Source: an uncultured Candidatus Cloacimonadota bacterium (lineage in GTDB: Bacteria; Cloacimonadota; Cloacimonadia; Cloacimonadales; TCS61). From it: 37,808 nucleotides of DNA. The notes below the pieces were generated by a model. The model saw nothing but the letters and a program-made list of their open reading frames with translations. It was not told the origin of the DNA and ran no database searches. The position numbers and the translations under genes are program-made. The stretch lies in NCBI GenBank assembly GCA_964485055.1, contig CAZAHZ010000001.1, positions 1-37,808 of the forward strand. The letters run 5' to 3'. This document shows positions 16,956 to 30,500 of the stretch, piece after piece. Position 1 is the stretch's first letter; the number at the start of each line of letters is the position of its first letter.

Positions 16956-18256
16956 GAGATAACCTCAATCAGCAGATCATTACCCCAAAGCATCAGAGGC
17001 ATGCCTTTGATCATTTTACCCTGATGGAAAGAATGATCCCGACAGTGAATGCGGATATAATGGTCACTGAGACCGGTTAAATTAGTACCGGAATGATTTT
17101 CCAAAACCGCTGTGAGGGTTACTTTTTTATTAATCAGCATCTGCCTGTAGGCAGTTTGTTTTGCTACTGATAATCCGGTTAGTTCCACCACTCGCTGATG
17201 AATGATTTCGCCATGAACCTGGTTCGGCATGGAAAAAGCACGTGTTCCGGGTCGCCTTGAGTAGGGGAAAACATGAAAATAAGCAAAAGGCAATTTTTCC
17301 AGAAGCTCTTTGGTTTTCAGAAATAATTCTTCAGATTCTCCGGGCAATCCAGTGATAACGTCAATCCCGATAGCAGCATCAGGAAAGATTTCCAGAAGTG
17401 AATTGAAAAGAATTCTGAATTCAGAGCGAGAATAATTTCTACCCATCTTTTTCAGCAATTCATCACTTCCTGATTGCAGCGGGATATGAAAATGGTGACA
17501 AATTTTGTCACTGTTACGGAAATAATTTATCAAGTCTTCAGTAAATAATTGTGGCTCAAGAGATGATAATCTCAGCTTCTGAACGCCGGGAATATTTTCC
17601 AGATCAGCGAGTAATTCAGGCAGGTGATAATGATCTTCTTTTTCCTGACCATAAAGCCCAAGATTGACACCCGCAAGGACAAATTCCTGATAACCATTAT
17701 CAGCTAAAGACTTCACCTGGTCGAGAATGTTCTGCCGTTCACGGCTGCGTGATGGACCTCGGGCAAGAGTAACTGCGCAATAGGCACAGGAATAATTGCA
17801 GCCATCCTGTATTTTGATGACAGCACGACTTCGCTTAATCATATTAGCAGTGGTTTGTTCGGCAAAAATAGTTTCTGTACTGATATCCGCAAAATCCGGC
17901 TCAAACATGGACTGGAATATCTGGAAAACCATATTTTTGTGATTATTATCTATGATATAATCCACAGGTCCGAGCTGAACAATATCCTGATAATTCAATT
18001 GAGAATAACAGCCGGTGACAATAACAACGCAATACTGGTATTTTTTTCTTTGCTGCAGGGCATTACGGATGGCATACCGGCTTTTATAATCAGACCTGTT
18101 AGTTACTGTGCAGGTATTGATCAGGTAAACATTTGCTTCCTTACTGAAATCTGTTTGTTCCCAGCCGTTCTGCAGGAATTCATTCAGAATGCAGGTAGTT
18201 TCATACTGATTAGTCTTGCAGCCAAAAGTGAGGGCAGCAATTTTCATAAGACGCAA
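16952..18256 (-). CDS. mtaB: radical-SAM methylthiotransferase, MtaB-like (tRNA ms2t6A37)
   Basis: ORF track. N-domain Cys triad (FGCKTN, NTCTVT, GCY), radical-SAM CNYSCAYC, and a C-terminal TRAM-like region. The ~430 aa size favours MtaB over MiaB/RimO, though that is less certain. The ORF-track start is TTG at 18256; the ATG at 18247 (MKIAALTFGC..) is an equally plausible start. Confidence 0.8.
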   Translation of the reverse strand: MRLMKIAALTFGCKTNQYETTCILNEFLQNGWEQTDFSKEANVYLINTCTVTNRSDYKSRYAIRNALQQRKKYQYCVVIVTGCYSQLNYQDIVQLGPVDYIIDNNHKNMVFQIFQSMFEPDFADISTETIFAEQTTANMIKRSRAVIKIQDGCNYSCAYCAVTLARGPSRSRERQNILDQVKSLADNGYQEFVLAGVNLGLYGQEKEDHYHLPELLADLENIPGVQKLRLSSLEPQLFTEDLINYFRNSDKICHHFHIPLQSGSDELLKKMGRNYSRSEFRILFNSLLEIFPDAAIGIDVITGLPGESEELFLKTKELLEKLPFAYFHVFPYSRRPGTRAFSMPNQVHGEIIHQRVVELTGLSVAKQTAYRQMLINKKVTLTAVLENHSGTNLTGLSDHYIRIHCRDHSFHQGKMIKGMPLMLWGNDLLIEVIS

Positions 18257-18265
18257 CCGGAAATA

Positions 18266-20056
<1,791 letters not shown>

Positions 20057-20158
20057 ATTTACTCCATTAACTCTATATTTTACAAGTACAATAAAAATTG
20101 AGAAAGAAATTCACTGCTTCTCAATTGTCAAGACAGAAATAAATCTCAGGTTCGGAAT

Positions 20159-20183
20159 AAAAAAAAGCCCCGTAACCGGGGCT
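20159..20183 (-). terminator. Rho-independent terminator of the gyrB-gyrA-lipoprotein unit
   Basis: On the - strand: AGCCCCG-GTTA-CGGGGCT (7-bp GC-rich stem, 4-nt loop, 20166-20183) followed by TTTTTTTT, 19 nt after the TGA at 20202-20204. Confidence 0.85.
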
Positions 20184-20201
20184 CGATATTTTACTATTTT
20201 A

Positions 20202-20792
20202 TCAGCGTCTGAATTTCATTTGCTGTGAACGGTAGATAAGTGTGAGTTCATCATTTTTGATATTGACCTTGGGGAAAAAAAGGTAACCAGTCCGTTTTGC
20301 CTGCGGAAATATCTCGCCGAAAGCAAAAGAATCACTGATCAGGTTACGCTTTGCCCGCCGCCATTCTTCCAGGGTATCCGTCTGATCCTGAAAAGTAACA
20401 TATTTCTGATCATCCTGTTCTTCAATATTCTTAACCACCAGATATTGTAGTTCATTATGCAGCAGGATGTCCTCGATCTGCCCAATGCTCAAAGGGTCAC
20501 TTTGATTGCCGTTCTGATCAAGCAGGGCAAAATCGTTATTTCTGACATTCAGTTTCTGGTTGGAACGATTCTTCACAGTAACGTAGAACGTGGTAAAATA
20601 GTCATTGAGATTTTGCGGATCGCGTACCCAATACCGATTTTGTGCTACCAGTTCCGACTCCTGATCCTGATACACGTAAGCGTCATTGATTACCTGAACA
20701 CCTTCTCCTCCCACGGGAAGGTAGTGAACAGCACAACCTGCGATTATCAGCAATAATATTACTATTCCACCATACTGCGCGGCTTTTCTCAT
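20202..20792 (-). CDS. lipoprotein of unknown function
   Basis: ORF track. Lipobox LLIIAGC. The start is 17 nt after the gyrA stop, and an intrinsic terminator follows directly. Confidence 0.65.
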   Translation of the reverse strand: MRKAAQYGGIVILLLIIAGCAVHYLPVGGEGVQVINDAYVYQDQESELVAQNRYWVRDPQNLNDYFTTFYVTVKNRSNQKLNVRNNDFALLDQNGNQSDPLSIGQIEDILLHNELQYLVVKNIEEQDDQKYVTFQDQTDTLEEWRRAKRNLISDSFAFGEIFPQAKRTGYLFFPKVNIKNDELTLIYRSQQMKFRR

Positions 20793-20809
20793 TTTTCCCT
20801 CGAGGTTAA

Positions 20810-23428
20810 TTAGAATTCAATCTCTTCCTGAACTACTTTTTTGTTTTCAGATTCTTTGGATTTCTCTTCAGGCTCTTCTTCTTCGTCAATCATATCATCC
20901 TCATCAATAACATCTTCCGCTTCTGAGGTGTCAATATTAATTTCCTCTTCTTCCTGCTCACCATTCTCACCATTCTCTATTTCCTGGTCTTCATCTTCTA
21001 CATCATCTGTCGGCGTGATCCTGGCAATATCATAAACTTTGTCGCCATCATTCAAATTGATCAAGCGAACGCCCTGAGTGGCTCTACCGATAATAGAAAT
21101 GCGGTCAATGCTTTGGCGAATGATCATTCCGTCTTTGGTGACAATCATCAGATCATCATTATCAACCACCTCCATTAGAGAGATCAAGTGCCCGTTTCTC
21201 GCACTGGTTCTGATTGTGATAACGCCTTTACCGCCTCGTTTGTTTTTTGTATAATCTTCTATAGGACTGCGTTTTCCATATCCGTTTTCGCTAATCGCCA
21301 AAAGTGTTCCTTCTCGTTTCACGATTACCATTGCCACAACTTCATCGCCTTTTCTCAACCTGATCCCACGTACCCCTCTTGAATTTCTACCAATAGACCG
21401 TACATCATCTTCATTGAACCTGTTGGCATATCCATATTTAGTAGCAAGTATGATATCATTATCTCCATTAGTCAATTGTGAATCGATCAGAATGTCGTCC
21501 TCATCCAGGTTTATAGCTATGATACCTGTTAAACGGGGATGACTGTAGGCTTGCAGCTTAGTCTTTTTTATTGTGCCATTTTTGGTTACCATTACTATAT
21601 ACCAGGGTTGAGTAAAATCACGAACTGTAACAAAAGACTCGATCTTTTCTTCCCGCTGCAACTGGAGAAGATTAACTATTGCCTTTCCACGGGCGGTACG
21701 ACTTACTTCCGGCACACGATGAACTTTAAGCCAGTAGCATTTGCCCAGATTAGAAAAGAACAAGATATAAGCATGAGTGGAAGCTACAAAGATGGACTCC
21801 ACAAAATCCTCTTCCTTCAGGTTAGAACCCGAAAGCCCTTTTCCACCACGACCCTGTTTGCGGTAAGTATCAATTGGCATACGCTTGATATATCCCTCAT
21901 GAGATATCGTAACCACCATATCCTCATCAGCGATCATATCCTCTGTTTCAATGTCTGAAGAACCTTCCAGGATCGTTGTCCGGCGTGGGTCATTGTATTT
22001 TTCCTTTATCTCTAAAGTCTCATTTTTTATGATTTCCATCCGTAATTCCCGCTTCGCCAGTATTTCCTGCAATTCTGCTACTGTTGCTACTATTTGATTA
22101 TATTCTGCTTCAATTTTTTCCCGCTCCAGTCCTGTCAGTCTCTGAAGACGCATTTCCAGTATTGCTTTTGCCTGGATTTCACTTAATTTAAATTGCTGCA
22201 GCAGGTTTTCACTCGCTTCGGCTGTTGTTGACGATGCCCGAATCGTCGCAATGATGGCATCTATATTATCCAAAGCTATCCGTAATCCTTCCAGTATATG
22301 AAGACGTCTCTGGGCATTGTCCAGCTCAAATTGTGTCCGGCGTACAACCACTTCATGCCGGAATTTGATAAATTCTTCCACCAGTTCCTTCATATTTAAT
22401 ATCTTGGGCACTCCATCCACCAGGCAGCGATTGTTCACACTGAAGCTTGTCTGCAACTGCGAATATTTATAGAGTTTGTTCAATACCGCATTGCCTTCAT
22501 GGTTACGCTTGATCGAGATCAACAGACGCATCCCCTGACGCCCGCTCTCATCACGAATATCTGATATACCTTCTACCCGTTTCTCCTTTACCAGACTCAC
22601 CATTTTTTCGATCAACTGTGTTTTTCCCACCATATAAGGGATTTCAGTAATGATAATGGACTCTGCTCCGTTATTCTTGGTTTCTATACCTGCTTTGGCT
22701 CGCATTATCACTCTGCCGTGACCTGTATCAAAATATTCTTTGATACCGCTTCTGCCAATTATGTAGCCTCCCGTGGGAAAATCAGGACCTTTAATATATT
22801 TCATCATCTCGAGGGGAGTCAGTTCAGGATTATTTATCATAGCAATGATCGCATCGCAGGTTTCTCCAATATTATGCGGTGACATATTTGTTGCCATACC
22901 GACCGCAATACCGGTTGAACCATTTACTATTAGATTAGGGAACTTGGAGGGAAAGACTTTAGGTTCCTGACGCGTGTCATCATAGTTTGTCTGGTAATCC
23001 ACTGTTTCTTTTTCCAGATCCGCCATTAGATCTACAGCTTCTTTTTGCAGTCTTGCTTCCGTATATCGCATTGCAGCGGGTGGATCCCCATCCTGAGAAC
23101 CAAAGTTTCCCTGACCGTCAACCAGCATATAACGCAGACTCCAGGGCTGTGCCATTCGAACTAAGGTTGGATAGATTACCTGCTCTCCATGTGGATGATA
23201 ATTACCGGAAGTGTCACCTGCGATCTTGGCACATTTACGAAACACTTTTCCAGGCGTCAGGTTCAATTCGTTCATGGCAAATAATATCCGGCGCTGGGAT
23301 GGTTTTAGTCCATCCCGCACATCCGGTAATGCCCTGGCTATGATCACGCTCATGGCGTATTCCAGATATGCTTTCTTCAATACTTCATCTATCTCTATGG
23401 CTTCTATTCTTGATCTGTCATGTATCAT
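20810..23428 (-). CDS. gyrA: DNA gyrase subunit A
   Basis: ORF track. Active-site region [51 protein letters not shown], GyrA-box QGRGGKG, beta-pinwheel CTD, and a ~70-aa Asp/Glu-rich tail. Confidence 0.97.
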   Translation of the reverse strand: MIHDRSRIEAIEIDEVLKKAYLEYAMSVIIARALPDVRDGLKPSQRRILFAMNELNLTPGKVFRKCAKIAGDTSGNYHPHGEQVIYPTLVRMAQPWSLRYMLVDGQGNFGSQDGDPPAAMRYTEARLQKEAVDLMADLEKETVDYQTNYDDTRQEPKVFPSKFPNLIVNGSTGIAVGMATNMSPHNIGETCDAIIAMINNPELTPLEMMKYIKGPDFPTGGYIIGRSGIKEYFDTGHGRVIMRAKAGIETKNNGAESIIITEIPYMVGKTQLIEKMVSLVKEKRVEGISDIRDESGRQGMRLLISIKRNHEGNAVLNKLYKYSQLQTSFSVNNRCLVDGVPKILNMKELVEEFIKFRHEVVVRRTQFELDNAQRRLHILEGLRIALDNIDAIIATIRASSTTAEASENLLQQFKLSEIQAKAILEMRLQRLTGLEREKIEAEYNQIVATVAELQEILAKRELRMEIIKNETLEIKEKYNDPRRTTILEGSSDIETEDMIADEDMVVTISHEGYIKRMPIDTYRKQGRGGKGLSGSNLKEEDFVESIFVASTHAYILFFSNLGKCYWLKVHRVPEVSRTARGKAIVNLLQLQREEKIESFVTVRDFTQPWYIVMVTKNGTIKKTKLQAYSHPRLTGIIAINLDEDDILIDSQLTNGDNDIILATKYGYANRFNEDDVRSIGRNSRGVRGIRLRKGDEVVAMVIVKREGTLLAISENGYGKRSPIEDYTKNKRGGKGVITIRTSARNGHLISLMEVVDNDDLMIVTKDGMIIRQSIDRISIIGRATQGVRLINLNDGDKVYDIARITPTDDVEDEDQEIENGENGEQEEEEINIDTSEAEDVIDEDDMIDEEEEPEEKSKESENKKVVQEEIEF

Positions 23429-23437
23429 TTATTCCCC

Positions 23438-25363
<1,926 letters not shown>

Positions 25364-25407
25364 TCACTCTTTTTTTAGTGAAATTTTTTCTTATTATTTA
25401 CAAGGTC

Positions 25408-25435
25408 AGTTTATTCTTCCTGCAAATGGTGTCAA
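25408..25435 (-). promoter_or_regulatory. sigma70-type promoter candidate for gyrBA
   Basis: On the - strand: TTGACA (25435-25430), a 16-nt spacer, then TAAACT (25413-25408). An AT-rich UP-like region lies upstream. This would give a ~55-nt leader. Confidence 0.4.
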
Positions 25436-25854
25436 ATATTTATTATATAAATAAGTTAGCTCACTTTTATGCCAAACCCCAATTTATAGGTAAATACTAT
25501 GTAAATGACTATATTATAACCATATATGATTTCGCCTTATACTTGCTCCGTGTTTTGCTCTCTCAAAACTTTTTTTATCCCCTTTATTAAGCTGTTTACA
25601 CTCCAATTTACCCGTTTTTACTATATTAGGTTACAATTTTAATAATTATAATCTTATATTGGCTTATTGCCTTATTATCAATATATTATATATAGTACAA
25701 ACCATTGTAACTTGTAGCTGATTGTTCTAACTATCTGCAATATTATATATTACATGAAATATATTACATATTTATTTACCTTCTTTTATTAATTATCCCC
25801 GCTGACACAATTATACCTGCTTCCTGCCAGCTCCTTCTAACTTGGCTGAAGAAA

Positions 25855-25920
25855 TAGAGAAGAACAACTAAACACAATCTGACATTTTTTTGTTAGATTG
25901 TGTTTAGTTGTTCTTCTCTA
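25855..25920 (+). repeat. long hairpin element, family 1 copy 2 (30-bp stem, 6-nt loop)
   Basis: TAGAGAAGAACAACTAAACACAATCTGACA / TTTTTT / TGTTAGATTGTGTTTAGTTGTTCTTCTCTA. 29 Watson-Crick pairs plus 1 G-T, at the same position as in copy 1. Confidence 0.9.
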
Positions 25921-25940
25921 GATTCAGGGTAAGGTTTTTC

Positions 25941-26027
25941 TGAAATGGGGGAGGGGGGGAGGGAATGGGAAGGGTAATTGGGAGGAGGAGAAGAAGGGGA
26001 AAGAGGTGAATGAGAAGGGAGATGGGG
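25941..26027 (+). other. 87-nt C-free, G-rich polypurine-like tract (G-free C-rich on - strand)
   Basis: There is no C between the C at 25940 and the C at 26028. By my count 49 of 87 nt are G. It contains GGGGGAGGGGGGGAGGGAATGGGAAGGG. Confidence 0.9.
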
Positions 26028-26033
26028 CTTACT

Positions 26034-26069
26034 TATAGGTCATATAGGTACTATAGGACTTATAAGACC
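26034..26069. repeat. 4 x 9-bp tandem repeat TATAGGNNN
   Basis: TATAGGTCA TATAGGTAC TATAGGACT TATAAGACC, read directly from the sequence. Confidence 0.85.
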
Positions 26070-26157
26070 GATAGATTATGGTCAATTAGATGTTATTGAT
26101 TTAGCTTAGAGGTTATAATTGATCAGAAGTGCATGTATTGGGGTTTAGGGGAAAGAA

Positions 26158-27510
26158 TTACAGGTCTTGGAGCAGGAAATCTATGGTTTGCTGACAGAGT
26201 ACTCTGCTACGGAGCTGGGATTCGCTCTCCACATAGACACGGACGATGGGTTCTGTGCCACTTTTGCGGATATGTATCCAGTGGCTGGGAGCGATGATCT
26301 TAATACCATCTGTAAAGTCAGATTGCTGATCACTGGCAAATTCTTCAGCTTTCTTCATTACGGCATCAAGTTGATCAGGTTCAACCTTGATCTTATTCTT
26401 TTGAAAATAGTAATGGGGAATGGCAGCCGCAAGTTGACTGACAGACTGATTCGATTGGGTCATATATGCCAGGATGAGAGCCATTCCGGCGGGAGCATCA
26501 CGGGTATAATGAACATCGGGGCAGATAATACCGCCATTACCTTCACCGCCAATGGGGCTTTTAAGTTCCATCATCTTTTTACCGACATTAATTTCTCCGA
26601 TACGGGTACGGACAACTGAGACGCCAAATTCTGCAGCAATATCTTCAGAAGCCATGGAGGATGAGAGATTGGTGACAATAATACCGGGACGATGGGCAAG
26701 GACGAATTTTTCTGCCAACAGCAGTGAAAATTCTTCTCCAAGGCAATTTCCATGTTCATCAATTATGCTGAGTCTATCCACATCGGGGTCAGTAGCAAAG
26801 CCAATATCTGCGTGATGAGTATGGACAGCTTCCAGTAACTGAGTTAGATTCTGGTTCAGAGGTTCGGGAGAATGAGCAAAAATGCCGTGAGGTTCTGAAT
26901 TGATCTCGATAACCTGGCATCCGAGTTCGGATAATAACCTTGGGGAGATCAAGCCTCCGGCGCCGTTGACAGAGTCTATAACGACCTTGAACCTGCGGGA
27001 ACGTATCTTGTCCAGTTCGAGGTAGGGAACTGCCAGTATTTTATTAATATGGTCAGAAATGGCAGAAGCGTAGAGAGACAATTTTCCGACCTGGTCATAT
27101 TTTACCCATTCGACAGGATCATCAAGGTGATTGAGGAAGGATTCGGCGTTTTCGGGGAAAAGGAACATTCCGTTAGCTCCGACGAATTTAAGGGCATTCC
27201 ACTCAGCGGGATTATGCGAGGCAGTGATGGCAATGCCACCACAGGCAAGAGGATCGTTTTCCACAGCCAGCAGGACAGTAGGAGTGGACACAATACCCAG
27301 ATCAGCGACATCACAACCAACGCCCAGTAAACCTGAAATAACGGCATGCAAAAGGGTGGGACCAGTGGTGCGGGAATCACGACCGACGAGGATCTTGCCA
27401 TTCTGAGAGAAAAGCCCGAACCGGGCAGCGAAATGCTGGATAATGGCGGGATCAATGGTATCACCAAAAATACCGCGTACACCGGAAACAGAGACCATGA
27501 GCTTGCTCAT
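26158..27510 (-). CDS. alpha-D-phosphohexomutase (phosphoglucosamine mutase / phosphomannomutase-phosphoglucomutase type)
   Basis: ORF track. AGGAGG SD upstream. Phosphoserine loop TASHNPAEWNALKF, metal loop FATDPDVDRL, sugar loop GGEGNGG, phosphate loop RKSGTEPIVRVY. The N-terminus SVSGVRG resembles the PMM/PGM-like subgroup more than classical GlmM, so substrate specificity is left open. Confidence 0.85.
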   Translation of the reverse strand: MSKLMVSVSGVRGIFGDTIDPAIIQHFAARFGLFSQNGKILVGRDSRTTGPTLLHAVISGLLGVGCDVADLGIVSTPTVLLAVENDPLACGGIAITASHNPAEWNALKFVGANGMFLFPENAESFLNHLDDPVEWVKYDQVGKLSLYASAISDHINKILAVPYLELDKIRSRRFKVVIDSVNGAGGLISPRLLSELGCQVIEINSEPHGIFAHSPEPLNQNLTQLLEAVHTHHADIGFATDPDVDRLSIIDEHGNCLGEEFSLLLAEKFVLAHRPGIIVTNLSSSMASEDIAAEFGVSVVRTRIGEINVGKKMMELKSPIGGEGNGGIICPDVHYTRDAPAGMALILAYMTQSNQSVSQLAAAIPHYYFQKNKIKVEPDQLDAVMKKAEEFASDQQSDFTDGIKIIAPSHWIHIRKSGTEPIVRVYVESESQLRSRVLCQQTIDFLLQDL

Positions 27511-27537
27511 AATTTAGAACCTCCTGAGACTAACTTA

Positions 27538-30500
27538 TCAGAGCTTGATTTTCAGAAAAACACCCTCTAAAATATCATAATGGTTTTTAGCAAAAAAAGG
27601 TATTTTTTTAAGTAATTCATTGTATTTTCGGATTTGATCTTCAGCAGTGATCTCACCGGTTTTATAGTCAATGACCTGTACCTGTTTTCGGGAATGGCTG
27701 ATCAGGAGACGATCAATTCTATATTCATTTTTGTTATTATCAAAGACAGACCATTCGCAGTAACACTGATCCCAGTTAGCAGGATCAAAGAGGGGGAAAT
27801 TTTCTGTTATGATGGCATCAACTTTTGTGATAATGGTAAGGATATCAGATGCGGGTATCAGGCTGCCATAAAAGGCAAGAGTTCTGTCGGCAGCCTGTTT
27901 TCTGGCTGCCTGAGAATCAAATCTGATCTGCTCCAGGTAATAATGAGCAATATTACCTAACACTTTTGCTCTGGCAAGCAGGTGATAATCTGCGGGAGGG
28001 ATTTGTATCTGCCAGTCGTCTCTGGCGGTGAATAATTCCGACGGGGTCGCAGAAAACCAGGCAGAAATATCAGAGAGACCAGAGAGAATGAGCGCATCAT
28101 CATCATGTCGGGTGTTATATTTGCTCAATTCACCCATTTTGATAATTAGAGAATTATCCACCTGCAAGCTTTCCGTGACAAATTCGGCAGCCAGAGAGCC
28201 GCAGATAAGTTTGTTAATATCGGGTTTTGCGTCATCAAAGCTGGAGTAGTATTTTTCCAGCCCGTCTTTCATGGAATATGCGATCAGGGCAAAGAGGTTT
28301 CTTTTAGCACGGGTGAGAGCAACATACCAGACGTTGATAGCTTCCACATCTTCGCGCTTTCTTTGCAGTTCGGAGAGTGGATCGGCAGGAGAATCCTTAA
28401 TCAGTGAAGTGAAATTATAGGTAAAAAGGCAGGAGCTTAAACCGGAGAAATCTGAGGTATATTCGGGATAAATGCTAAGTTCAGGTAATCTTCCTGTGGA
28501 GGAGCTGTTTTTTTGCATCATGATAACGGTATCAAATTCCAGTCCTTTGGATTTATGTATAGTGAGAATTTTGAGAACATTCTGGTGCTGGATACCGGTC
28601 TGGTTGAAATATTCGGCATTCTCATTATCAGCAAAATAACGCAGCAATCCACCGAGATCATGGGAATAATCGAGGTTGACAGCCAGGAATTCGGCGATAA
28701 GGTTGAGGAACTTGGTGATATTGGCAAAGTCAATTTCCTGATCGAATATCTTGATGAGGTTGAAATCAGTGATAATTGCTTTGGCAAGTATCAGCGGATC
28801 AGAGAGGTGTTTATGAAGAGCACCAAGTATGGCAATCTGGGGAATACGAGCGAATTTATCATATAGATCAGGGCAGAAAGGCAGCTCCAGTTTTTGGCAA
28901 GTCTGCCAGAATTCCAGAATGTCTTTGAGAGATTGCGAATTGAGGAGCACGGCATCACTGCGTAGAAATGTGATAAGATTATAAAAATCGAGGTTATAAA
29001 ACCAGTTCAGTAATGCCATAATGGGTTTTATAGCTCGCTGCTTCAGAATTGAGAGATTGGTTTCATCAATATAATCAATTTCGAGTTCACGCAGAACCGC
29101 AGCAACAGTATTCATTTCGTTGTGAGTCCTGGTGAGGATTGCGGTATCGGAGGGAGATATTTCACCGGAATTACAAGCCGGGAGATAAATATTGCGGATA
29201 AAATTGGCAATAACCTGGCTAAATTCAATATTATCGGGATTTCCGTAGAGATTAGTGATTTGCAGATAGCAATAACCGGGTTCATCCTTTTCGGTTTCAA
29301 TATGCGAGTACTCCCAGTTCAGATCAGCGGATTTGATGTTATCCAGGAAATATTGATCAGTAAAAAGGCGGTTAACAAAGTGGATTACAGCAAGGCTGCT
29401 GCGAAAGGAAGTCTTCAAGTCACTATGACGGAATTGGGCAGGCAGCAGGTTTTCCATATTGACCAGTAGTTCGCGTTCGCCGGAGCGCCAGGCGTAGATA
29501 GCCTGTTTCTCGTCACCGACAATTGTGAAGCTGCCGGCATCTGTGGCGCCATATCCGGCGATAATCTCTCTGATCAGTGGAGCAAATATATTCCATTGCA
29601 AGATACTGGTATCCTGGAATTCATCAATGAGAATAAAGCGAATGCGGTAAGAGAGCTGCTCATAAAAGAGATTAAGCACTTCTCCGGTATCTATGATCGA
29701 GATAGCCGGATCGTGGAGATATTTCCAGGTGTAGGTAGCCAGATCGTTATAGGTGAGGATTTTATCACGGAATTTGATCTGGTCATATTTCCGGAAGATG
29801 ACTTTACTGAGATCAAGGATGTCCTGATGTTCCGGGAGAACCCGTTCATAATAAAGAAAATGCTTCCAGATCAGGAGTAATTTTGCCTGAAGATCGAGCA
29901 TTAATTCCTTATCTTCAGCTTCGGCTTTCTTCCTGAAGAGACTGCTTCCGTTCCAGATATTCCCGGAATTGTTGATCAGGGAATATTGAGTTCGCAGGAA
30001 TTCACGATCTTTGAAGAGAGAGATGAGAATCTCCTCTATACCTTCTTTTAATGTATTATCCAGAATGTTATTATGGTCAATTGCCTTCAGCCAGTCACGA
30101 GGAAAAATTTTAGTCCAGGGTAGATCCGGATAATTAGTTTTAAGAATGTCAGCAAATCGCTGGCTGAATTCACGGGCAGTAATAACAACAGCATCATAAT
30201 ATTGATCAGACATGGATTTGAAATCAACATTCTGAATTTGGGATTTATCATAGAATTCAAAGAGCCAGCGGTTATCCAGAATAGCCTTGATGAATTCGTC
30301 GTAGGCAGAGATATTCCTGCTGCGTTTAAGTTTAAAAATATTCTGGACCAGCGGGAAGTGTTCATCCTGTAGGATGGTCTGATAAATTTCGGGCAGGATG
30401 CTGTCATTAATGAGAGGATCAATAGTATAACGGTTAATATTATGATAGGGAGCAATCAGTGATTTGAAGATGGAATTAATGAATGAATCCAGAGTGGAAA

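Noticed and set aside
20057-20158. T-box or attenuator leader upstream of aspS (hairpin ATTGAGAA-N13-TTCTCAAT on the - strand).
   Set aside because: The leader is only about 100 nt, far too short for a T-box. There is no specifier loop, T-box sequence or terminator/antiterminator pair, and the hairpin is short and AT-rich.
25680-25780. dif/Xer site in the AT-rich region, or near the polarity switch at 11150.
   Set aside because: I could not find the XerD-arm core TTATGT(T/A)AA(A/C)T, or an 11-6-11 arrangement, on either strand.
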